A stretch of DNA of 64,000 nt from the human T2T-CHM13v2.0 reference genome, Homo sapiens. The stretch lies in assembly GCF_009914755.1 (NCBI RefSeq), contig NC_060925.1. One strand, given 5' to 3'. A program made the position numbers and the translations under genes. A model generated the notes under the pieces. It was not told where the DNA came from. It searched no databases and saw only the letters and a program-made list of their open reading frames with translations. Shown one piece after another: positions 15,581 through 29,039 of this stretch (its first letter is position 1; each line of letters begins with the position of its first letter).

Positions 15581-17379
15581 TGATGTGAGAGCCAGGGATC
15601 AAGAGTCCCAAAACCATGATAAGCTTCAGAGAATCTAGACCAAACAATGCTCTTGATTCTATTTGCTTTCACTGGAGGCATTAGAGACAAAAATCCTATA
15701 CTAATAGAACAAGGTCTATTAGTAATCTCCTGTGCGACTAAAACAAGTCTGCTAGTCTACATGTCCAAACTTTGTCCAGTGATAATGAGAAGACAGGGAA
15801 AATACAGAGGTTGTAAAAGCATTTTACTTTACTGATTTTATTTCCATAACCTTATACTAATTTGTGTAGTTTGAATTATAGAACACTGAGGCACATAAGG
15901 GGGTGGTTGCCGACTTGCCACCATTAATGTTAATCATTGTCACGGACTTCTTGCCTAGTAACATGGAGGCAGTTAATAAATTAGGTATACTTCACAGTGC
16001 ACCAGGCAGACATAAATAGCACAACCTGAAAAGGAAATGAAACTTGAATATCCTGAGTATGGTTTTACAGCACGAAGGCTGAAGGGGCCTTCTCTTATTA
16101 ACACTCTTCGTTATTTTTATTTCATACTATATTGCTTGAAAGGTTTTCCATAGGGGGGAAAACAAAACAAAACAAAAAACCTTAGCCCATATGAAAAAGA
16201 TTCCACACTGATTTGAGCCAGCAAAATGGCTCTCTAGTTTAGACCATAATGAGTGGCTCAGAAATCCTATTGGATTTGCTCACACAAACCTGGCTGTGGT
16301 TTCCAACTTCCTATCTGGTTCATGTAGCCAATTCTCATCAAGAAATAAGACTGTGTTACCTGGGAAAACAAGGCCATGTCTTTTTGAAATCTAGTTTCCT
16401 GTTCGAAAACAAAAATCAACGTTCAGCATTCTTTTTCCCCCAGAGAAGACAAAGACTTTGCAATGGAAATTTCTTGCTAATTCTGTGAGGATATGTTGGC
16501 ATCAGATTCTTCTAAGAAAAAGCATGAAGTGTTGAGTCACCTTTATTCCCACATCTACCATTTTATTCTCTTTGAAGAGATTCTGGGCATGCTACACCTT
16601 TCTCTCTGCCATAGGCCTGCCAAGTTGGCACATAGAGAGCCAATAATAGTAATAATAACTTCAGTATGCTAGCAGCCCTAAGAGTCTATTGGTCAGTAAG
16701 CAAGGATGGAAGGAAGGAATGGAAAATGGGGAAAGAAAAGCATAACATATTCCATGAAAATAGAAAAGCTCTCTTTACTACTACTTACACCCAAAGAAAC
16801 AGAACCACAGATATATAAAGAAACCAGTGGTAGAGTCATGTTGGCTAATCATTCATTCAGTTTCATTTCAGTCATTTGCCAACCATATATATTCAGTGCT
16901 ATGCAATATAGGTCAGACGCAAATATCTTAGAATTACAGAAATGTGCTTCAGAATTTTTTAGGTCAATTCTAATCCCCCTCCCATTATTTGAGCAATCAA
17001 CATTACATCCGAATTTTTCATTCTACCAAATGGAGACAGTTAACATCTATCTACTCTCTCTTGTCTCATAATTTCATAAAATAAGTGACATTTTTATATC
17101 AAAAAAGTAGGAAAGACAAAATAAAATAGTCTATTAAATTGAATGTCTACATTCATAAAAGTCCCCATATTTCTTTATTTTTCTCATTTTTCAGTGGACC
17201 ATAAAAAACTTCTCCATAGACTAGTACTGATTCAGACAAAATCATCAATTTGTAAATGAGAATACTAAGGTAGAGTGATTTGTCAAAAGTAGTACAGTCC
17301 GTCAATTGCAGAGTTGGGTCTAGAACTCAAGTCTCCTAACTCCCAACTTCGTGTTTTCTACATCATACTGTTTATTTGT

Positions 17380-18484
<1,105 letters not shown>

Positions 18485-20646
18485 TCATACCTCTCAAGTG
18501 TAGACTTACTAAAAATTTATTGGTAAAGATTATCTGGTGAATAAAAACAATTTTCAGACATGAACATTCTAATAATTTTCAGTAGTTGAAAATCGTGTTG
18601 ATTGCCTTGGTTTGAGAACAATTGCTCCCAATCCTCATTTAAAATCATGCAGAAAAAAAGAAGGATAAATTAGAATTCCAGAGCTTTCAGGGACCTTGTA
18701 AAGCACAGGCCAATTCCTCATTTTCTAAGACAAGAAACTGAAGCACTGAAGCACAATTATTGTAAAAATACACAACTTGCTCAGAGCAACATGTGTAACT
18801 CGTAGAAAATTTAAGACTAAAACCCAGGTCTCCAAATGTCTAGCCCATTGCTGTCTGTGGAGCAGGACACTGCTTTTCCTTAGAAAGTCTGGGTAATGTT
18901 CCATTTCCATTACATTCCCTCTATTGTCTTTTCTTCAGTGTTTCCCCAAACAAGTTCCTAAGAACACCACGGACCTACCACTAAATTTTTTTCTCTTTAC
19001 TATTTCACAGGCCTCCTAACCGTTTCCTTAAAAAGAAATAAATGAAGTAAATAATTTTGACGTACTGATTGTTCTCATTCTAGAATGTTATGAAGAATAA
19101 AAACACAGTAAGAGGTGAAAATAGCTCACAAAAGAGAACAATTTATGCTACCTGGCATCTTCAGAACAAGTCCGAAAAGTATAGTTAGGTAACAGCTCTG
19201 ACCTACAGGATGCAAACTTCAGGATTCCTGGGGGAAAGACCCGAGGTTATTTTGTATTACTAGAAGGTACTGTATTATATTAAATCATATCTGTGCAGCC
19301 AAAGGGAATGTTAAATAAGCATGCTTGTTGATTTATCCAGGGATTAGAGGCTTGTTAAACAGGCAAAAGCTGTCATCTTGATCCCAAAATGGGCAGAATT
19401 GAGTATGACTCATCTATTTTGCATGTCAGCACATCATGAATTCACCAATATGACATGACGACAGAGAGATCAAAGTAGTTACCTATGGATTATAATTCCT
19501 TTGAGAGCCATTGCAGCTCCTCCAATTTCGAACAATGCACTTTTTCCTTAATAAGCAATCTATTCTTTAAAATTGCTTCTATGCCCCGCTTTTCATGCCT
19601 GTTCAGACCCAGCCACGGAGCAATGTAGGCTGACTACTATTAATTAGATGTCAGGTTTGTGTCAGTGAATTTATACACGTTTCCTTATTTAGTCCTCATA
19701 GCTCTACGAGGCAGGCGCATTTTCAAGACCGGAAACACAAGTTGAAAGAAATTAATACCACACAATGTCAGTGAAAAGATCAGAAATCAAACCAAGTTTA
19801 TCTGCTGCCAAATTTTATGATCTTAACCATGGTATCCTGCTCCCACTTCAGCCCAGATGTAAACAAAATATTTCTATGAGTAGAATGTACTCATGTGCTA
19901 GAACACTGTCTATAAAAGAAGGTAAAGGATGTGAAGAGGCTGTCAGAAACCCATGCTTAGTCCTCTTTCATTGTCAAAGTGAGTTGTAGCTTTCTAGTTT
20001 CAACTTGGGTTACAATAATGGCTCTCCTAGTCTCTGTAACTGATCTCAATGAGGCAGTAGAATGTTTGTTCTTCAGTGTTCTACAAAGTAAATTCTGATG
20101 TTGAAATATTTATTGTCACATCACTGCCTTCATCAGAAACTAACTATTTTAAATGGTGGCTGGAGTATTCTTAGAAAAGTCTATAATCAGTTATCCAAAG
20201 AACTCAGACTCTTACTCCCCTTCTTCTGAGCCAGAACTAATCCCAAAGTTCTGGTTGCTCCAAAGTCCATGTCTATGTTGATGCTATATCTCGTATCAGA
20301 GCTTGAAAAATCTTAATTATTACAGTTTTCTGTATGGACCCTCCATGGCTTCTGCAGTTTTACTATCTAAGGAATTTGAGATGGTTTAATAGCTTCTTAA
20401 ATAGCACCCAAACCAAACTAAAGCTCTTCTTCTATTTTAGATCAAATGTGGCATTCACAAGGAAAATCTGAAGTTGAAAACACTTTACAGCTGCTGAGAA
20501 CTCTAACACTGTATAGTACTTAACATTTAGTGGACTAAGGGTTGTTGTATGTCAAATTCCCCTGAAAGTAAATAATACCTAAGGAATCTTATGCAGAAGG
20601 ACCAAAAAACAGATGTAGCAGAAGACTCTCAAGGGCCACCTCTTAC

Positions 20647-20814
20647 CTGCTGATTCTGATAGGCCGTAACTGTGGTGAACACAGTCTCAGGAAAGTTGAA
20701 CGTTTTCACCCCATCCCCAACAGGAACAGGCTTAGTGGGTGAAAGGTCACTGCTGAAGTCTTTGCGAATCACATGAACTCGAGGCTGGTATTTGTGCATA
20801 GAGTGCAGAATGAT
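20647..20814 (-). CDS. TBX15: TBX15 coding exon 5 (168 nt, phase 0 to 0); T-box
   Basis: Acceptor ttttatttcag|ATCATT, donor CAGCAG|gtaaga. Encodes [56 protein letters not shown]. Confidence 0.97.
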
Positions 20815-21856
20815 CTGAAATAAAAAGGGGAATTGTACCAGGCTTGGCTTTAAGGAACCTACGTTTTGTTCTCATGCAAAAATAAATCACTAAGTTGAAG
20901 CACTATAGGAAAAGCACAGATTGGAGGTGAGATGTACAGAAAACTAGAAATCAGTATACTTTCCCAGGAAGAACTAAGTGATTAAATAGCATTACATGGA
21001 ACCAAATAGCAGGACATCCTTATCATGGATGGTAAAAGTAATATGTTTGCTTCAATTGGATAATGCTGAATGACTTCTTTAGTACCAATGGACATGTCAC
21101 TAAAAGGTTTCAGAACCTCTGCCATGTGACAAGTTGTTCCCTCCAGCTTCAAATTTTCAGCATGTATTCATGCTGTCTTTAAATTCTACATCCTATTATT
21201 TGCATTCATTATTGAATATGTGAACATTATTTTGTTATGTGAGAGTAAATGGTAGATATGGGTTTTCACTCTTTCAGAAAATTGTTATTTCCTTGAAGAT
21301 GGAAGCAATGGTTTTAGCTTATTCAATCTTCCCATAGCACCCAGTATGGGTCCTGCCATTCAGTGAAAATTCAGTATGTGTTTCACTGCCAAAGATAAAT
21401 TAATAACATCACACGCTCCAATTATACCTGGAAAGCCTTAAGATTTAGTCTTCCCTATAAAAAAATTCTTGACAAATTAGCTGAAACTGTCATTCACTTG
21501 TTTCTCTTGTTTTATAGCCTTGTGGGTTATTCTACTGAATGTTGTGATTTTTTCTACCACTGGTTGATTTGTCTTGTTTTGCTCTCTTGCCTCCTCGACT
21601 AGACTGTAAGCCTCTGGAGCACAAGGACTTTGTCTGGTAAACACAACTTGATGTATAACAGATGTTTGCTAAATGTTAGATTTGTAATAAATGGAATTTA
21701 ACTGGAAAAAAACATTTTTATGCTTACTTACTTAAAATTACTTAAAGTGGCATAGAGATTCCTTATTTTACCTATTTGAAAAAGACTGGGGCTAGCCAGC
21801 TCTAAAGCAAACAGAGGAAGAGAGAAAGAAAGGGGAGATAGGATTCTTTGACTCAC

Positions 21857-22028
21857 ATGTCCTTGATCATCCAACTCATTGTTGGTAAGCTTGAGTTTGT
21901 CAAAACTGACCACCTGTCTCATCCAGGTGTCTCCAGAAGCTAGAGAATCAGGGTGTATATAAACTCTTGGGGGCACAGGGGAATCAGCATTGCCAGCCAC
22001 CATCCACTTGGAGCTATGATACACATAT
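21857..22028 (-). CDS. TBX15: TBX15 coding exon 4 (172 nt, phase 2 to 0); T-box
   Basis: Acceptor tctttatctcag|ATATG, donor GGACAT|gtgagt. Encodes [57 protein letters not shown]; matches ORF 21728..22024. Confidence 0.97.
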
Positions 22029-23719
22029 CTGAGATAAAGAGGAAGAGAGGAAAATTCAGAGACAGAGGCAGAGAAGGGACAGAGGCCCAGGAAACAAGTT
22101 GAGACAGGGGAAAGGAGAGAAAAACAAAGAGATTACATGAATGGAGAAGTAATGGGAAAGAAACAGAGACTCAAAGGAGGAAAAGAGAAGGGCAGATAAC
22201 CAGGGAAATGAAATAGAGATAGAAATGGACAAAAAGATGGAGTGGGGAGGGCAGAGAAGTGTTGTGGTTAATGATCAAATCTTCAGCCCTCGCAAGGAAA
22301 ACATTCTCACAGCCGTCTTCCTTTCTTCCCTCTCTCCATGCCGTGCACCCCTGTGTGCACACATGCATCCTGAACTCACATGTCTAGCTATAGAAAAGGC
22401 ATTTTACTGCAACCTTTCACCTTTCAAATGCAAACCATATAATCCCTTGGCCATTTGTTCAGGATTTTGTTCCTTATTAAAAACATCTTCCATATTGTCC
22501 TATAAAATGCAGCCATGTGCAGAGCCCTCCCAAGCCTCTCACTGGTTAACCATTTCCTTGCTAAGAATCTGGACTTTGAGGCATTTCTATGACGGGCCTT
22601 TGCCTCTCTGCAACCATTTCAGAAGCACCACCAAATACTCCCAGTTCACATTGCCTTTGATGAACCCGTTTTGAACACCATCTTCTACACTATTTTCCCA
22701 CAAAGTCACTGGAAAAAAGACATTGTTTGGTAGCAAAGGAAGTCAGTTTTCCCGACTTTGCCAATTTTCTCATAGCTCAGAAGAAACATCTCCATGGATC
22801 TGGTACTTTCCTGCTTCTCAGTTCTAAAGGACCACATGGGACCTGGACCCTGAGAAATAGAGGCACCCAGTCCAAATCACAACTCCCAAGATCCCCTAAA
22901 ACAAGCTGGAAGCATCTTTTCTCCTAAGTCCTGAAATCCAGACCGTGTCTCTCTCAGCCATCTCTCTCCCCACTTGCCATACTAGTCCTGGCCTTTTTCA
23001 TCAGCTCTTGCCTCCCTATTCATGGGTTTAGGGCCAAGTTGTTAGACTTCAGATATTTCAAAAATGAGTAATGATTTACTGATTTGAGTGAGACCTCAAG
23101 AGAAGAAATAAGCCACAACTTTTTTTTTTCTGGCAAGAACTATGTATAAGCCATCCAAGAGACTTGGAGACTATGTTGGCTTTTAATCAGTTTGAGGGAA
23201 AATTACTTAACAATCTCACTCACAACCCATATCAATGAATAATAATTCTCCATAAGTAGATATTCTTCTTGAAATTTTACCCAGTTCTCTTGTTCTTCCT
23301 CTCCATCATCTATGGGGCGATCCATCAAATATACATTTTAATATGCTTTATTGTTCCACCTCTCCTTCCTCTTTCCAAAATAAATCACCCCAATTTATTT
23401 AGCATTTCACAAACCAAATTATTCAATATGTTAATCACTTCCAATGTTAATTAAATTAATTTTAGACTTAAGATCCACTTGATTTTTGCTACCTTAGGAG
23501 ACACTATACAATCCCATTCTATCCAGAGACACAGGGGGGAATCCCAGGTCAAAGTTAACACTTTTTCCACCTGGTGCTCTGCCACAGGCCATTGACATAG
23601 TCTCCATTCCTTGTTCTCTGTACAGCATGCATTGCTAAACTATTTCCTCTAAGGAGTTTGAAGAATTGTCTTGGAATGCTGGTGATACCCACATTTCCAC
23701 ATCCCAGAGTTATTGTTAC

Positions 23720-23821
23720 CTGTATCTTTTATTGTCCACAGGCACAATGTCCATTGCTATGTAGTACTGCTGATGTGGATCTAGGCCAGTGATTTTCACT
23801 CTCATGGCAGGAAACATCCTC
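23720..23821 (-). CDS. TBX15: TBX15 coding exon 3 (102 nt, phase 2 to 2); T-box
   Basis: Acceptor tcttcatag|GAGGATG, donor TACAG|gtaaca. Encodes [33 protein letters not shown](R). Translated by hand; not in the ORF track. Confidence 0.97.
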
Positions 23822-23889
23822 CTATGAAGATGAATAAAACAGAAAGCTCAGAAATCAGGGTGGGAGAAGTAGCAGGGGTAAAAGCTTAA

Positions 23890-24231
<342 letters not shown>

Positions 24232-25147
24232 TAAACAACGTATTCTTATTAGGTACTCTAAGCATATCAAATTCTAATGTCCTCTAATTCTCAAAGTTGA
24301 CTAATTTTTTTCACTTTGGAAATTATCACTATGAAATATACAATAGACTTATACTACTGAACTACTATCTCTTCTTAACTTAAATTGACCTATTTGATGA
24401 TTCATACTCTCCAAGGGTTCAACCCTGCTTTGTATTTTTAGTTAATCTTAGTTGTGATATAAATGTATGCACAGGCATGTGTGTGCATGTGTGTAGCCAT
24501 GCATACATTTCCTATTAGCTATAATCTTTTTAAAGGTTAGTATAGCAACTTACACTCTTCTTATAATCTGAAGAGCTTTTCAGTTTATTGCAAGTTATCA
24601 TAAAATATTTTCAACTGAGTTTATTTGAAAATAACCACTCTAAAAATAGTCTCTCAAGTGTAAAAGAAAAAAAGGAAGGTGCTACCAGTCTCCAAACAAA
24701 GAGCCACCAAGATTTTTTAGTGCATAAAACTGTAGAAAATTTTCTGCAAGTTCTCAGGCTGTCAACGTGTGTGTCAGAGGAAGGACCCTGTGGAATTGGA
24801 AGCAAATACCAAATGAATTCTCGTGGCCTCTGGGCAATACCTTGTTTCTACCACAATGGCTTGTTAAACTTGCCAAAGCAAGTGAGGTCAGGATATAGCA
24901 CTTTACGACTTCTCTCATAATTGAAGAGAGGAGGAGACAGAGCAGCCCAAAAGAGGTATTGAGTTTCAATAAGTCTAGAATAAAGTTCACCATTCTTCTT
25001 TAACCATAAGAAAGAAGAAAAACATCAAGCTCAAGCTCTTTTGTATCAAGCCGGACATAAAAAGTTCTCAGTTCAAAAATTTGGATTGCCCTGAATGTGC
25101 TCTAGGCTACTTGTATGCAAAATGCTGCATTAAGCTTAACCATCTGG

Positions 25148-25400
25148 GGCTAGTTAGTTGAGCTGGGCAGAGCACAGTGCTAATGAGGTCAAGGTCACAG
25201 GCTTGATCCACATATGGCCTAATTGGCTTTGCTCCATTTCATGGCCATAGACCATACCCTGACCTCAAACAGCCATCTTGCAAATATGTACTGGTTGGTC
25301 ACAGGAGAGGCTCTCTGTGCTAGTTACACACTCACTACTCATCCAGGAGAAGCAACCCAAAAGGCTAATATCCCCTGGCAGTAGGTCAGTGACATCATAA
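25148..25400 (+). mobile_element. MamSINE1-like tRNA-Ile(AAT)-derived SINE
   Basis: 25148-25220 aligns by eye to tRNA-Ile-AAT (ggctagttagttgagctgggcagagcacagtgctAATgaggtcaaggtcacaggcttgatcc). It is followed by catggccatagac...cagccatcttgcaaat...ggttggtcaca, resembling the MamSINE1 body. Confidence 0.75.
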
Positions 25401-27593
25401 TCATATCTGAGAGAAAGCACAAGAAGGATCACAGTCCTTTAATAGAGATGGTGGCTAATTCTTATATGGTTACAAAATTAATGCATAACTATTTCATCTT
25501 TCTCACCTTATTACTCTTCAGAAGCTTCTAGGATATATTATCATTTAAAAATTTCTCCCCCTACCTCACAATTTTTATTTAAAGGCCTCATACTTTTGTC
25601 TTATGGTGGGCTAATGAAATTTGATGATGGGATACTCACATTGACTAAATCTAACATTCACTATAGGTTAGGCACTTTAATTTGCATTAATTAATTCCAA
25701 AAATTTGGGAAACTTGATCTACACATTTAAATACAGATAAGTAATTCCCTTCTTAATAACACTGATTTATAGCTTCCCTGTATATGTAAATGTTTGGAGG
25801 GCATCTTGCCAGAGATGGGGCAAAAGTCCTCTCATTTACTACCTGAGATAAGAAAATATGGTTTCCCCCAGTCACCTAGAGAGGCTGTATTACACGAAAG
25901 AGAGAGATTTCTTTTATTCATACCTTTACAAAAAAAGGTGTTAGATGTTTTTAATTCAATATCTGTTCTGTCTGGAACCATTATATGACCTTTAATGGAG
26001 AAGCTACCCATCCCTTTCCAGTACCTGACTTCTAAAATAAATGAACTATGTGACTTTGGATAAATCATTTAACCCCATCACCTATAAAACAAAGGAAATC
26101 GACTAGATAATCTCTACAGTGCCCCCTTGCTTTAAAATTCTGTGACTACCTTTGAATTCTCTTCTTAAAAACTTCGCAAGCCTTTTTTTTCTTTTTGTCA
26201 CATTTTAGCATAGAATATCAAGTGAAGTCACAACAGTCTAAAGAAAAGTTAACCTTTCATGTTTTACAAAAAGAGATGTGTTTGGTTTTAATTTTATGGC
26301 TAAATTTAGGCCAGTTCTTTTGTCTTCTAAACCCATTAATCCTTGCAAGCACCTCTGTCCATGGTGCTGATTATGCAGGTTGGGTTGGTACACTCAAAGA
26401 CTGAGGGCTCTATAGACTTCAGCAGCTCTGAATCAATAGGATCACAGTTTGGGGTGTGGAAGGAGGTAGATGGTGACTAAGATCATCTAAGTGAGAAAAA
26501 GGAGAGAAAGCCATATATAACTAACATAACTAAGAAGATGGAGATTGGAATTAAAATGGAAAAGAATACTGACAATACTGCATAGCAAGAAAAATGAGTG
26601 AGAAGCAAGAAATTAACCAGGAGAATGAGAAGGAATGAAGAAAATTCACAGAAGAGAAAGCCTTATTTGTATGATTCAGAGTTGTTTCAGAATTACCTGA
26701 GAAGAATTAGATGTAGTAACAACAGTTGAGACAACTGAATACAGAACCAATTAATGTAGTTTCTAAACTTAAACAAAGGATTTCAATTATTACTAAAGAA
26801 CAAACTATGTGTCTGTCTTGGGGAATGTGTAGAGTATCCAGATATTAAGGTGAACTTGTGAAATCAGGGATATGGAAATGAAAATACTGCAGAAGAATTA
26901 CAAAATGAGTCACAAGAAGGTTGTCAAGGAGATGCTCAAATGAACTCAATTCACTAAAGCACAGGGAATAACGAAGTGATATCAGGAACAAACATGACTG
27001 GAATACAGAGACCCAAGAGTAATAAAGTAAAAACCCAAAAAGAATACCGGAAAATCTTATAGACAAAAAAAAATGTAATATTTCTTCTCTCTCCAAACCA
27101 ACTCTTCTACCAAAAACTTTAAAAAAATTTCCTTGAGTTACTTTGTTTTCTTCCAAGCCTTTACACCACAAAATGTGGAACAGAAGTACACTGAGACCCA
27201 AGCAACGAAAAAGAGATGATATTGAACACAGTTATCCAGCCCATCTTCTCCCCCTAGGAAGCCTTTAATGGTTTTATTCACTACTGAGAGAAGGAAGAGA
27301 GCTCCAGAAAAGAAAGAAAATAAACAAAATTTCAGATTTATTTTAACTTCATGTTTTTGTCATATCTTATTGTTTTGGGAGGTTTCCTTATATACACGTA
27401 GATAAACTGGACCCAACCAAAATATTATTTTACTTTAAATGGCTATGTTCATGAAAACAGCTCACAATCAGTAAGATGCGATTTTTGTTCCCCATGACAT
27501 GTGAGATTATGTACACTGGCTTTGAAAACACAAAAGTAGCATAACTGTTTTGCTTAATTTCAATGAACTATTCCTATATGCTGAAAAGCTTAG

Positions 27594-27938
<345 letters not shown>

Positions 27939-28825
27939 TAAATCGTTTCATTTTGAATCCAAGGGGCAAGAACTACAGCCATTTCTTCACAGTTCAGAGT
28001 TGAGACCACTGTTTTAGAGCCACACAGATTTATGCAGAATTCTGGAGCTGCCTCTTAGTACCCATGTGCCTTAGCCAAGCTAATTAATGTCTTTCATCCT
28101 CTGCATCCTAATCCATATATGGGATGATTATGTCCAACCTCATAGGGTTCCTGTAAGTTTCAAAGATGTATGTTGAGTGTCCAGCACAAAATAAATACTT
28201 AACTATGGAAAGTTGAAACATACCAATAAAGGAGTAGCTTAACTAAAAGTGTCTATATCAAGAGAAGCTGTGTTTTTAAAATTTTGTAACCCTAGAAAAA
28301 CAGTTTTACAAGAAATTCCATAGGTCACCAATAAAGTTGTGTAATAATTTCAAGTCAATGATAAAACACAATGGACATCAACAGGCTCAGAATATGCATC
28401 AAGTCAATTCTTTTTTAAAAATTACTACAAAAGCATTGTTGCTTTAAATACTTTAGAAGATGCAAGTTGTTATTTGGGAAGCAAACTTCTTGAAAGTATT
28501 TAATGGTGAAGTAAACACTTGCTTTGGAAATATATATTTTGGCTGTTAAGATCCCGTGGACTTCCAATATTAGCTGAAATACATTTGTAGGTGGAAAATG
28601 TTTGTGATTTACATGACTTACATTTGATTGGCCCTTGGAGGAAAATAATACAATCACAACAAACACAACAGAACAACTTTACCAAGATGTCCAAATGCAG
28701 AGAAGTGAGTGCAAGCTGCTTTGGTTTTGTTGATGCCATCACAAATAAATAAGAATGGAAGAATGTAATGGCTCCTACTTCTGCAAATTCTTTGAATCTG
28801 GCCACTCAAAGGAATTTGTCCTTAC

Positions 28826-29039
28826 CTGCCTGCTTTGGTGATGATCATTTCAGTTCCAATATCATGGAACCGCTTCCAGAGGTCAGCACATTGCAGCTCC
28901 ACCTGAATCTCCTCCATGGAAGACATGGCAGCAGGCACAGGGCCTGCAGCACCAGAGGCCAGGTCAGTGTGAGTACTGAAGGAGCAGGAAGTCCGCTCAG
29001 TGAGGACCTCAGAATCTGAACCAGTGCTCTGCTCAGAAT
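28826..29039 (-). CDS. TBX15: TBX15 coding exon 2 (214 nt, phase 1 to 2); Ser/Thr-rich region and start of T-box
   Basis: Acceptor ttattttgcag|ATTCTGAG, donor GGCAG|gtaagg. Encodes (D)[70 protein letters not shown](R); matches ORF 28822..29058. Confidence 0.97.

Noticed and set aside
25148-25220. Functional tRNA-Ile gene
   Set aside because: Many substitutions break the stems and B-box, and it continues into a SINE body rather than a poly-T terminator.
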